64,000 nucleotides of DNA, from the NCBI GenBank assembly GCA_913055215.1, contig CAJXJP010000001.1, positions 798 through 64,797 on the forward strand, given 5' to 3'. The notes beneath the pieces are model-generated. The model made no database searches. It was not told the DNA's origin and worked only from the letters and a program-made list of their open reading frames with translations. Below, piece after piece: positions 1-13,500 of this stretch (positions are counted from its first letter, which is position 1; every line of letters begins with the position of its first letter). The position numbers and the translations under genes were made by a program. This DNA comes from an uncultured Candidatus Altimarinota bacterium. Its GTDB lineage: Bacteria > Patescibacteriota > Gracilibacteria > BD1-5 > UBA6164.

Positions 1-925
1 ACAATATAATTTTAAAGAATTAGTAAAAATATTTTTCTTAAGTGGTTTAGTTAGTTTATTCTTAGGTCTCATGATAAAATTTATTATGGATGAAGAATAT
101 TTAACCGTATTTTGATATAGTCACTATATTAGCAATTGGACATATAATTGATCAATTCCAAATTATCACTGACTAGAAAATTCATGAATTAGAAGGTTTC
201 AAGGATTATTAGAATGACCAAATGCAATGTGATATTTCCTTATTGTATTGTCAGCTTGTTTTCTCTATTTACAAAGAAAAAAGAATCAATATTACGTTTA
301 TTTATTTAGTTTTGCTTTTTTATATTTAGTACTGCTTACTTACTCTCGTTCAGCATTATTATGAATAATATCTGCTGGTGGACTACTTTTCCTACTGAAT
401 ATAAAATATATTTACAATCACTATAAAAAATACTTCCTGGCCGCTACTGTAGCGCTTATATGTTTTACATGAATTTTATGATTTGTATTTCAAGAAAAAA
501 TTTATAACGCAGTCATTCGTCCTTCATCTACTGCATGACATATTGAAAGAATGGCAATTTGAGTTGATAGGTTCTTAGAAAAGCCTCTTGGTTCATGATT
601 AGCAACATCTGGCCCAGCATATAGAAATGTTTATCCAGAGAAAAATACAAGAGAATTTGAAGAATACTATATTCCTGAAAGTTGGTTTGTTCAACAATTA
701 ACAGAGTGAGGAATAATATATTTTACGTTATTTTGTTTAATATTTTTACTCATTTTAATAAGGATTTATCCAAAATCTAAAGTTATGTTTGCTGCACTTA
801 TTGCTGTTTTAGTAATGAATGTATTCTTACATATTTTTGAATCTACTCACATGAGTTACGCCTTTTTCTTACTTTTATGAGTCTTATACGCAAGTGGAAA
901 AAAATGAAAAATTCTTTGAAAATAA
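1..925 (+). CDS. O-antigen ligase (Wzy_C/WaaL-like) family polytopic membrane protein, 3' part; the 5' end lies outside the window
   Basis: Frame 2 is open from the window edge to TAA 923-925 when TGA=Gly. The translation contains GPNAMGYFLIVL...TYSRSALLGI...PESWFVQQLTEGGIIYF plus several hydrophobic segments, typical of this family. A hairpin terminator follows. Confidence 0.6.
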
Positions 926-950
926 AAACTCGCAATTGCGAGTTTTTTTA
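924..950 (+). terminator. Rho-independent terminator hairpin (actcgca-at-tgcgagt followed by a T run)
   Basis: Palindrome 928-943 followed by TTTTTT. Confidence 0.7.
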
Positions 951-1024
951 TTGAAAATTATATTTTGTAAATGTTAGAATATAGATACAATAATTTTGTT
1001 TTTATACACTAACATACACTATTT

Positions 1025-3604
1025 ATGAGAATTTTAAGGAAGCTCATAGCAATCGCTATATTAGCAATTTTCTGTTTCAACATAACAGGAGTTTCAGCTG
1101 CAAGTACCGATATGCAACGTGCATCAAAAAATATAATTCTAACAAAAGTAGAATTAAAAAAGATTAGAAATGGCGATAAATATATCAAACAACTTGATCT
1201 TGTAACAAAAAAATTTGCAGGGAATGAAGAAAAATTAAGAGAGTTTTCAAAAAATATTAGTAATGCAAAATACAAACTTGCTTATAGTAAATCATGAAAA
1301 TCAAAAAGAATTTTAGCTATTCTTAACTATTTAGAAGCAAAAGTTAATTATGAGTTAAAAAAAATAGCCGCTCAAGCTGATGAAAAGCTTGAAAAAACTT
1401 TGGAAGAAGTAAAAAAACCAACAATTTCTTCTTCTGATAAGAAAAAAGTTGAAGCTGAAATTGTAAAAATTCAATCAAATTTATTTGAAAATTGAGTAAA
1501 AAACTTTTGAACACTTACAAAAGAATTTGAAAAATTAACAAATTATGAAAACAAAGGTGATATCAAAATGAACCTAAATATTGACCAAGAACAAATTTGA
1601 AAAGTAAAAGCTGAATTAAAACTCAACAATTATACTGCTAAAAACTCAAACTTTGATTCTCAATTAAAAGGACATTTATCAGCAATGTTAGATGCTGCTC
1701 CAAAAAATCAAGAAGCAGTAAAATTAGAATTTTCTAACTTTTTAGACTTCATTCAAAAAGATTGAAATATGTATATTCTTATGAATGATTTAAAAATTGT
1801 TTCAGAAGAAAATGTAGATAATCTAAAAGAAATGATTGAAACTGCTAAAAAAATTGCAGAAGAAAACGAGTATATAGAATTTTCTGATAAACAAACTCAA
1901 GAAGCAATGAGAATATTAGAATCTTTTGCTCCAGAAAAAATAATTGCAGATGGAAGAACATATTTTTCGAAACCTATGTTTACGGCATATAAAAAAGAAG
2001 AAAATAAATATTATTTAGTTCCTTCAAAATATGCTTGTGACACTATGAAAGAAGTAATGAATAAGTTTGATCCAATACATGGTAAAACATGTAGTACAAA
2101 TCAATATAACGATCTTGTAAGAGAAATGCTTGGTGCGGGAAATCTTACGCTTGAACTTTGAAATACAAATACATTAGCATTTTCAGTTGATACTGCAAGA
2201 CATACAGATATAGATAAATTAGATATCACTCTTAAATTTAATGATTCTTCTGTAGAAGCATTAAATATGATGGTATTACCAAATCAAAAACAATTAAAAG
2301 GTGAAAAGTTAACAATTGATTATACAAAAAATAATTCATTAAACGCTTATTTTTATGCAAATAAAGGAGCTATTAATTATTCTTTGAAATCTACACTAGA
2401 CAGAAATAATAAATTCTCAGAAGTTACATATACTTGAAATTCTGCAACAAGATACCAAGATATAATTTCTACATTTACTCTAAACAATGGTACTTTTGAT
2501 GGTAATTTTGATGTTTTAACAAAAAACTTTAACAAAGCTGCATCTAAATATAGAGAAGAATTTAAAGCACAACTAAACGGAAACCTTGATAATAAAAATG
2601 ATGTAAAAGATTTTACTTTCACATATTATCAAAATGACCTTCAAAAAAATAAGAAAGACTTAGAAGGGACAATTAGTTACAAAAATAAAACAGTAACCGT
2701 TAAAAATAAATATACAGGATACAAAACAAATGCGGACTTAAGCTTTGTTGGAAAATGGGATACATATAATAAAAACTTCAAAGATTTTGATTTTAATCTT
2801 AAAGTATCTGAAGATGAAAAATATGACCTAGTTGTATCTGATATTTCATTAAAAAATGGTAAAATATCTGGTCTAACTGTTGTTTCTAGTGAAAAACAAT
2901 ATTTAGTGAAAATCAAAACTGATGGTTCATACGAAAAAGATTCTATAACTTTAAAAAATGCTATAGATATTCAACCAGAAATTATGAAAGCACTTGATCC
3001 TGAAACTATGCAAGTCTCAGTAAGAGATAGTTCAAGATTTTGAGATTTATATGAAATTCAAGATGAAATAAAAGCATTTGCTGATGAAAACGACTGAGTG
3101 TTTCCAACATCAAAACAATTACAGGAAAAATCAGAATTCTTACCTCAAGATCCAAAAGGATGAAAAGAAATTAATGAATGTAAATTTGGTTATACATACC
3201 AAGTAAATAAAGATTTAAGTGTTTATAAATTAACGGCTTGTAGAGAAAAAGAAAGTTATGATGGAAAAATGAAAATGACTCTTGGAAACTTTAAGCAATA
3301 TAATCCAGTAACTTATAAATTTGAAGAAAAAGAAGTTACAGGAGAAGTTATATATATTCACAACTATAATAATTGGGAAAAAGTTTCAGAAGAATCAAAA
3401 TGATTAAAATCTGCAACAGCAAATTATAATATTTCAATTGATTCAAAATGAACAAAAGATAATTCAAATATCTATTTTGATTTCAAATTCAATGATAAAA
3501 CTATCGTAGATTTTGAACTAGATGTAAAATCAAATACAGAATATAAAGATGTTGAAATTGAAGCACCTAAATCTTCTAAATCATATGATGAAATTATAAA
3601 ATAA
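1025..3604 (+). CDS. Secreted hypothetical protein, 859 aa, with an N-terminal signal peptide
   Basis: ATG 1025. I checked every codon to TAA 3602-3604 and found no TAA/TAG, with several in-frame TGA. The ORF-track pieces 1025..1297 and 1769..2161 share this frame. The N-terminus MRILRKLIAIAILAIFCFNITGVSAAS looks like a Sec signal. I recognised no family. Confidence 0.8.
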
Positions 3605-3616
3605 TTCATTTCAAAT

Positions 3617-3646
3617 AAAAAACCAAAGCTTTGCTTTGGTTTTTTA
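3617..3646 (+). terminator. Rho-independent terminator (aaccaaagc/gctttggtt plus T run)
   Basis: Perfect 9-bp stem followed by TTTTT. Confidence 0.7.
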
Positions 3647-3707
3647 TTTGGCTTCTGAACTCTATTTCATATACTTATAATCAATATTTAAAAATTATCT
3701 ATATTTT

Positions 3708-4508
3708 ATGAGATATCTATTTCTGATACTTTTATTACTTATTCCGAATTATGCATTTGCCAGTGAAGAGCAAAGAATAATTTACTTACAGCATAATGCT
3801 TTAAGAAATGAAAAAATTCAAAATGGGAATTTTCGTATTTATTCAGATAAAGAACTAATAGAAGATGCTCAAAAATGGGCAAACTATTTAGCAAAAAATT
3901 ATAAAACAGAACATAAAAATATAGCCCCTCATAGCAATAGTTTTCAAACTCAATCTCATAGTTTATACAATGAAAATCAATGAGAAAATATAGCATGGTG
4001 AAAACCAAGCATGAGTCTAAATAGAGCTTTTATACTATGGGCTGAAGAAGAAAAAAATTATTATCCACAAGAAAATAAATGTCGTGGAGTTTGTGGACAT
4101 TATACACAAATTGTCCGGGAAAAATCAAAGTTTGTATGATGTGCTCAAGCTCAATCAAAGAATAATTATGGACAATGGGTTGTCTGTCGTTACTCACCAG
4201 CTGGAAATTATGTAAACAAAAAACCATACCAACATCAACAAAACTTTTCTAATCCATTATATGCAAAAATTATTCTCTCGATTGAAAATATAGAAAAACT
4301 TTCAAAAAAATGAAAGAAAATCAACAAACAATTGGAAAAATTATTTATCAAATTTGATAGCAATAAAGATAAAGAAAAGTTATTAAAGTACCAGGAAAAG
4401 ATTTCTCCTATTTATAATAAAATTATAAAAAAGAAAAAACTTTCAATAAATGATTATATAGTTATACAACTCTATTATAGAGTTCAGTTAGAACTGTATG
4501 GAAAATAA
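3708..4508 (+). CDS. Secreted CAP/SCP/PR-1-like domain protein, 266 aa
   Basis: Signal-like N-terminus MRYLFLILLLLIPNYAFA. The CAP hallmark GHYTQIV..., followed by VGCA and VVCRYSPAGN, appears once TGA is read through. Stop is TAA 4506-4508. Confidence 0.75.
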
Positions 4509-4534
4509 AAAAAGAGCCTACGGCTCTTTTTTTA
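4506..4534. terminator. Bidirectional terminator shared by convergent genes (agagcc-tac-ggctct flanked by A and T runs)
   Basis: Hairpin 4513-4527. The TAA stop of the giant minus-strand ORF (4532-4534) lies in its T/A tract. Confidence 0.7.
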
Positions 4535-7500
4535 TTGCATTATATATTCTCATTGGACTTTATACATAACCTCTGCTACTGTTTTTGCAAAATGTGCATC
4601 AACTAAACGCAGAATAATGTAATCTGATTCATGAGAGTATTCTAGCTTGTAGTTCCCATTGATAGTATCGATTCTCCCATCTTTGTAAATAATAAAGAGT
4701 GGTTCTTTATGTACATCACTGTTTCTATAAATAACCAGTGATCCTGGATTATAAGAAACAGTTTCTGGGATCAAATAATAATTATATGTCGATTTATCTA
4801 AGAATTTCACAAACAATCAATGTTTATCACCAAGTTCAAAATTTTCAACTAATTCAGTATGTGTAGTATTTCAAACTTTGATTTCTTGATTATAAACTGT
4901 TTGATTATTTTTTATAACATTAATCGATGGATAAACTCATTTATTTCTCACATCATTTGAAGAATAAGCTGATATTTTTACTCATACTTGTTTTGCTGTG
5001 ATTTTTCATGTAGTTTCATCAATTTCTGCAATAGTAGTACCATTTTGAGTTAATGTTAATCAAGAAGCTTCTTTTGAAATAGGGAAATTATATTCTCATT
5101 TTTCTGTTAAAGTTTCTTTCGTTTTATCAGCAGATTGTATAGGGGTAATAACTCCTCATCTTACTCTGAATAAACGAACCGGTTCTTTTTCTAAATCTTC
5201 ATTTATATAACCTGTAATTGTTTCATTATTCACTGTTTCGATTTCCGGAACTGGTGAATATACCTCAAAATTAATATCTTTTATTAGTGTATTTCCATTT
5301 GCATCAGTCATTCAAATAGAAATTTCTTTTTCAAATATTGAATCATATTCTCAGAACTCTGCTGTTATTTTTGCAAGAGTTCTTTGAATTGATACTTTTT
5401 CAACTGATTTATCATTTCTTGGATTTCCATCATTATTATCATCAACTTTTGGATCCATATCAATCCAAAAATCATGAATGTTTTTAATTCAACCATCTTC
5501 ATAAATAAATGGAGTGAAATCAAAAACTTGTTTTTGGTACACAGGGATTCTAATAACTTGTGCTAGTGATAATTCAGGAGAATTGTCATCTGCTACCACT
5601 TGAGGTGCCAGTAATGTTAATTTCGAAGAAGTTGAATATTTATTATTACGGAAAGCATAAGCTTTTGCATAATAGTAATCATTTTCTTGATTTACACGAA
5701 TTACATGGGATTCAGCAGTATATCCAAGATTGTATAATTCATATCTTTCAATATTGGTAAAATGAAGGTTTGCTTCAGATCCATCAAAATATTTTATATC
5801 AACATATGATTTTTCAGAAAGTCATTTTTTATCATTTTTAAACCAGATTTTTGTACCAAATCATAATGGTTTTCATAATAATAAACGTATTTCCTCTCCG
5901 TTATATGTCAATGTATTTGTATTTTGAATATATGCTGCATTATTCGCTCAAAGAACTTTAACAGTAGCATCAAATACGACATGAGAATATTTAGGAATAA
6001 GGACTTTGAATAATTCCTCTGATCCATCCATTCTATAATCTAAAGTAACCGATTGTTTTCATGCATAAACCGCAGTTCAAACTGAAATATTAACAACCGT
6101 ATTTTCTGATAGATTTTTTGTAATATTTGTTAAAGATGGTGTTTCAATCGTTAATCAATTTAATGTTCAAGCATTATTTATATATGCTAAATTAGAATAA
6201 AGAGAGTATCAATGTAGTTTTGAATCTAACAATGTATTTTCAGTATTACTAAATGCATCAATAATTGATTTTTTTGCATTTTTTGGACGATACGAATCAT
6301 TGTTTTGATTTTCAAACTTATCAATAATCGGATAATACTCAACTCTATAATTATTAATATCAGAATTTGTTGAAGCCTTAAATTTCATATTAATTGATCC
6401 GCTATCAATAGAGATTTCATTAAAATTATTTACTGCTGGAATAAACTCTCAACTAAAGAATTTATTATCGTCAGAACTAAATGTTAAAGTATTATAATCT
6501 TTTTTATTCGTTCTAATTACATCCAAATTTTCTTTAAAGTAAATTGCTCATTTTGACATATACAGTAAATCTTCATCTCCATCAGAATCCAAATCGATCA
6601 CTGTAGTTTGTTCATCTCCATCTACTTCTTCTAGATAATCAAACAATCTATAACTTGTATCATCTTCAACAACATAAAGTCCTTTATATGTATAACCATA
6701 ATCAGAATTATTTGATGCACTACAAGTGTTTGCAGAAGCTGGCTTTTTACCGGCTCATGACCATGTTCAAGTTTGTGCTGCTCTATATTTATCAATTGGA
6801 GAACTAACCGCTGCTAGTAATTCTGTTCCTTTTTCTTGAAGATCAGTTTTATACTCATCATCTCCAGCTTCAATTAAGTTATGTGCCGATTGGATAAATT
6901 TATCGTTATATTTCGACAATGCATCATTGTAAGCTGTAATACGTGATTCAGTTTTTGAAACAGGAATTGTATATTTTGGTTCGAGTAGTTTTTGAATATT
7001 TTTTGATTCTTCTTTCGTTCTTTGTAATTCAGTAGAAAGAATATTTTTTAAAGTTTCAAATTTTTCATAATTATTATTTTCTAGCTCTTTGATATATTTA
7101 TTTTCTTTTGAGTAGCTATAATTATCAACCTCATTCCATACATTTCTAAGTTTATCAAATTTAGGATCAGCAGCAAGCTTAGGTGACGCAAGATTATCAA
7201 AAACTGTTTGTTTAAATTCAGTATTTGAAACCGTTATATTTTTATTTTCTTCTAAATGGTTTAAGCCTTGTTCAATTCATGCTTTAGCAAAGATAACTAA
7301 TGCTAATACATTTTTCATTATATTTTCTTGAGAAATTTCAGTTTCAATATTTGATGAACCGTCAAGATTAACATCAATTTGAGTAGGAATAACTCTTGAG
7401 AAATCTAAATCAGAAACTTGGATATCTAATACACGAGTTGCATCATTAGAGAAACTATTAATTGGCATCGCAATTTGTTCAGCCAATTGGATAATAAAGT

Positions 7501-10500
7501 CTGTTTCAAATTCAAGATTTACATAACTTGTAACTTTAATTGCATCTACAAATGGATAACTAAATTGAGGTAGACTCAGATTTAAGAAATCAGTCGGAAG
7601 ATATCATTGTCTTTCCGTAATAAATGCAATTTGATCACCAGCTCTCCATTCAGGTACAAATGGACTTGTTTTCAATAGACACATTGCCTTTGTAATCAGT
7701 TTCAAAATATCCACTACTCACTCAAGTGAGGCAAATAATTTTGGAAGCGTTGGTGGTGGTGGTAAATTAGGAAGTTCAACTGTTGGTAAACTCGGTAGAT
7801 CAGGCAACTCTGGCAATTCAATTGTTGGTAAAATTGGAAGCGTTGGTAGATTTATATTTACCGTAGGGACATTTGGAAGAATTAGATCTGGTAGTAATGG
7901 TAAAATAATCGGACGACTTGCAAATTTGAATTCTGGTAATGCAATATCAAGTCATGCACGAATATTATGTAAATCCATAATAATATCAGGCCATTTTGGG
8001 AATAGAATAATTGGCATTTCTGGAATTACTGCTGAGATTAACTCCCATATAAATGCTTGTAAATCTCCACGTTCATTTTTACATTCATGACATTCAGCTT
8101 CATAGTCGATAAATATATCAACCATCAATTGCCATGATTTTAAAATCGCTTTAATTAATACATATAACTCAACCCATGCTTTAAATCTTTCTCCATTTTT
8201 TCCAATCCAACCTCATAATATTTCACCTATTGATTCAACATTACACATTACTTGTTCTATATATTTTTCTTTTGAATTTATAAGTGTATTAATGTCTTTT
8301 GGTAGATCTTTATATGATTGAATTACTTCAATATTTTGTTCTAATGAACGGATTAATCCTTCAGTTTGAAGAATTATTTTTTCTGATGCCGCATTTTTAT
8401 CTTCACAAGCTTTTTGATCTTCAGGTTTTGGTTCATTACACAATGCCCCAAATGACCATTCATTTTTTGCTCTTTCTAATTCTGCTTTCCGGCCATCTAA
8501 TGTTTCATTCCGGAGAATAATTGTTTTTTCAATTGTAGGTTCATCTACCCAAGGAAGATTTATATTAACTGATTCTTGAGAAATATTCACAAGTGGAATA
8601 TTTGATAAGAAAGCATACGCTTCTTTCATTCAAGAGTTTGCTGTATTAATTGCTCCTGTTCATACGAGTCAAGTAATATTTTTATCTACTTTTACTACAT
8701 CATCAACATCTTTTCATTCTGTTGTTCCTGTATCTAATATTCCAGAAAAATCAGGTAGGATAATATAGAGAGTTGGAAAATCAGTTAATTTTGTAACAAT
8801 TTCTTCAATTTGTCTTTCAACCCAATCAGACATAAGGAATGATGGGAAATCACTAATTTTTTGTTTTTGGATTTTAATAATATCTGCAAAATTTCATGCT
8901 TTAATAGAAGAGAAATCAACATTTACAGAAACTTCATCTCAAGTTCCTTGTCCATTCATATTAATCAATGGATTATTGAAGTTTTGAGTTGGAGTATTAT
9001 TTGGTTTCGCAACCTTTGTAAATGTATCTTTAAATTTGTCTTTTAAGTCAGATGAAACTTTTCAAGTTTTTTTGTAATCAAAATATTCTTTGACAAAATC
9101 AGGAGAGAGGTTTGATTGATTTTGTTTTGATGCTCAACTACAATTTCAATTATAAATCCCAAATCAACCCGCTGAAGTTTGAGCAAATCATGTTGAAGCA
9201 ATATCTCAATCTGATCCATCATCTTCACAACCAATCAAAGGCATAGCTGCAATAACACAGTTTCATCCTGGAACAAGTGGATGCATCCCTGGCATATTTG
9301 CATATCAAGCAACTATAGGTGGTCAACCAAAACATGCAGCCATCCCGACAGCTCATGTTAATGTCGGAGTAACAAAGATTCTAAATGTATTAGTTGGACT
9401 TATAGTTCCTAAATATCATCCAGCTCATAATGCTGCATTACATACTCATGTAAACATAAGAGGACTCATTGGCCATACAGTAGGAACTTGATAACATCAA
9501 ACTGGTGTTGGAACATTGATACCTGTTAATCAAGAAATTGTTGGAATTCATTCTCCAACCATTAATCAATCTCAAACTGGATATCCAAACAATGTAGGAT
9601 CTCAACCTGGAGCAAGAGGTGCCCAGTTCATTGGCGTTGCAATACATCACCCTCAACCAAATCAACATGATAAACCTTGCATGATAGTATCAACTCATTC
9701 TAATACCCCATTCACGTTTTCGCTCATTTTATCAAGATTTGAAGTCAGGCTTCATGCAAAATTACTATCATCATCTGAATCAGGTATTCCATCTCCATCT
9801 GAATCTTTATTCATTTTAGCTAATTGTTCTGATGCATATTTTTCCTTTTCAGCAGTTGAACCATTTACAAGTTTATCAATATAGTCTGGGACTCCATTGT
9901 TATTTTCATCTTGTTTATTTTGTTCTAAAACGTCAGGAAGTTTTAATTTATCAGAATCACATTGTGGATTTGTTATTTCTTTTTTATATGATCTTGTTCA
10001 AATAGATGCTAATATATCTGAAGCTTGTGAACAATTTTCTTTATTTCATTTAAATAGAACATCTCCATAGTTATCATCTCAAGCTGATCATTTTTCAAAT
10101 TTACCAACTTGAATATTTCAATACTTAATTGGATATGTTTTTAATTTATAGCTAAATGTTTTTGACTCATTTGGTTTTAGATCAAATCCATCAATTATAA
10201 AATTATATCCTGCTATATCAGTTGAAATATTTACTCATTCTTCTACTGTTAATGTTTGTCTATCAAATTCAAATATTTCTAATGATTCATCTGCATATGC
10301 AAATTTTTTCAATGTTTTATTTGATGTATTTTGAATTGTAACAGTAACATCTATATAATCGTCTGATTGTAATGGTTTCCCATTTGCATCATTGTAAACT
10401 TTTTTTACTTGAACTCATGCAATTTCACTATATTCACTACGAAGGAAACTTACTTGTTTTGTTTTTTTATAAGTAGCATTGATATCAATATTACTTTTAT

Positions 10501-13500
10501 TTTCTTCTAAGAATTTTTTTAGTGATTCTTGTGTTTGAGCCATAGAATCTCAAAGTTCCGGAGAATTTGGTAATTCTAATGTTTCTAATAATCAAGTAGC
10601 GCTGTTTTTAGCAACAATTTCAGTTCAATAAGGAAGAACAGTAAAAATAATACTATCTGCTAATTCATCGTTAATTCCTGCACTTTGAATGCTTACACTA
10701 CTTCATTCTCAAGTAGATCCATTTTGTTGACTACTAATATTGTTTTGTAAATTTGCGAGAGTATTTGCTAATTTACTTTTTTTATCTTTTTTAAAATCTT
10801 TTGAAGATTTAGAAACAATTCCTTCATAATAAACTGCTCATTTATCTGTTCTTGGTGCTGAATCCAGAGTAATAGCATAATCTTTTCAGATATTTAATTT
10901 TGTGAATTTTGGATTTTCTCATGTTCCTCATCCGTAGAAAACATTAATTTCTCAAGAATCATCTAAGATAACTACATCTTTAATTCCATCTGCATCCATA
11001 TCAAATACTTCAGACTGAACAACTTTTCCATTTAAATTAAATGCTTTTGTAAGATTAATACGATAAAAATCTTTTTCATTATTATTTAATAAAAATGGTT
11101 CTTTTTTATCATTAACAAAGAAAATATCATCATAACCATCTCATGTAAAATCTCATGCCTTTAATGTCTCAGGTGAAGATAGGTCTGCAACTTGTGCAAT
11201 ATATCATTTCCCTTGAACAAATTCTGAAGTTTCTGTATTTTCATAAAGACGAAGATAATCATCATTTTGTACGATCAGAATATCATCAAGATTATCGTTA
11301 TTGTAATCAAAAACTTGATACGATTCTATTTTATCATCATCTGATATTAAATTCCCAATAGTTGAATCAAATTTTCTATTTACTGATGTTTTTGGTAATT
11401 TTTTTCTTATTTTTTTCAGTGAAACAACAGGATCTCACAAGTTGATAACTGAGAAACTTTGATATTCTTTTACAGATTCTCAAACACTAGATCATGCTGA
11501 GAAATTTAATAATGTTTTATTTGCTTCTGACCATCAAAGTCCTCATTCTTTTACAGAGTTTTCATACGAAGATTGGTTCGATTTAGAAAATTCATTTAAA
11601 GTATAATCTGCAGCAAAAGGATCATTATAAAATATATTGATTTGATTTCCATTATTACTACTCAGTTCTCTTGAACTATAAGAGTTTGATGAAAGGTAAC
11701 CAATCACAGCATTTTTAAGAGTTTTTGATTTATTTTTGAATAAGGTATTATCACGAGAAATAGTAGAAATATAGTCTTTCATATTAAAGGCTAATTTTGC
11801 TACTATTTTTGTATCAACAATGATTTCAAAAATTGCATATTTATGACCAGAGTTAGAAACTGAAATATTTAAAATTCAGTTTTTGTCGATAGATCAATCT
11901 TTATTAATAGTAAGGATTATTTTTCAAAAACTATCTCTTAATACTAATTTATCTCATTCTTTGAATGTTTTGTATGAATCATTCACTGATTGTAAATATA
12001 TTCCTGAAGTTTTATCTTCATTAATACAAGCATTAAATGTTGATCAAGGACATAATTTCGTAATAACTTTATCATCAAAACGATACGTAAATTTACCTAC
12101 ATAACTATTAAGAGAGTCATTTTTATAATTTATATTTATAAAATTATCATCTATCTCAACATAAGAAACGATATCTTGTGATAAGTCTTCTGATGCACTC
12201 ACATTCTGAATAGAACCATTTTCCAATAGACTTAATACATCATTATAATTATATGGATTATTCAGTAGTGAAGTTACCGCTAATGCTCTATTATTTCTGT
12301 TAAATAATAAAGATCCCGCTAAATAATCTTTTTGTGAATAATCTCAATAGTTTGCTCATAATAATGTAGAATATAAAGCATTGTATTTTGTTTTATCAAT
12401 TGTTTTTTTATTCCAAAAGAAGAAAGTTTCTAATTTTCAGACATTTTCTCAAGCACCAGAAATAGTTACATCTTTTCCTCCATCTTTTATAATAAAATTA
12501 TTTCATGAAAGACTTGGTGAAGTAGAAATTTTAAAATATCCAACTCCTGGAGTATCCGTAACAGCAATTCACAATGTTGAAGTTCATCATTTTACCGTAG
12601 CGCTACTTTTAACTTCTCAAATAATTGATTTGTACTTTTGAAGTATTTCGATTTTAGTTTGTGTCGAATTATCATTAAATACAACATTTCCATATCTATC
12701 TTTTAATTCTGTTTTTACATAGTGAACATCTCAATCTTTTGCTTCTACTTTATCGCTACTCATTGACAAATCTACTTTTATAGCCTTATCTGGGTAAATA
12801 GTAATATTTCTTTTCGCAATTTTAGAAAGTCATTCTGCTTGAAATTCGACAGAAATATCTTTTCATGCAACCGTTCCAGTAAAGAATGAAACAATAGCTT
12901 CACCATTTTTTAATTCAAAATACGATTGTTTTGGATTTCAATATATATCACTTATCGTAAAATATATTCTCCCATTATAATCAGAAAGAATAGATCAAGT
13001 TTCTCCTCTTAATGAAACTTTAAATGAATATTCACCTCATCAAACTTTAAAGTTAGAACCTAAAGGTTGAGTCGATAGATTAATTTGTTTTAATACATTT
13101 AATTTTTTTGAAGATTTTAATAATTCTTTTCCAGAATTATCCTTAAGTATAAAATTGATATTTGCTACTCAAGTTTTAGCATTGGTTTTTAAACGGAAAA
13201 TTTTATATCATTCAAAAACACTTCCTGATAATTCTTGTGTATTATTTTCTTCAAATACAGTATCAGTTCAAGATATTTTAGCCTCTAATTCATAAAATTT
13301 TCAAACTACTGGATTTCAGAATCTGTCTAAAACAGTAGAGACATTTGAAGTAACTGCTCATCATAGTTCAGTTACTGTTGCTCACATATTTGTTACAATT
13401 TCTGATGGAGCCGCTGCTTCAATTACAAAATCTTTTTCAATTTTTTGTCCAGATTTGTCTACAATAGAGAGAGTATAATTTCATGATTCTTGATAATTTC

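Noticed and set aside
7742-7912. The LP-repeat region as a CRISPR array or non-coding tandem repeat
   Set aside because: The repeat units are short (9-15 nt) and imperfect. They lie in frame within the giant ORF and have protein-level periodicity, with no spacer/repeat architecture.
9438-9884. ORFs 9438..9668 (minus strand, other frame) and 9516..9884 (plus strand) inside the giant gene
   Set aside because: They fall in the GC-richer Gly/Pro module, where stop codons are rare in all frames. The long uninterrupted frame is the one starting at 17242.
8509-10567. Repeated 11-mer TTCCGGAGAAT (about 8510 and about 10557) as a functional motif
   Set aside because: A single pair of identical 11-mers is expected by chance many times over in 64 kb. 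This is unlike the fourfold GC-rich 10-mer palindrome.
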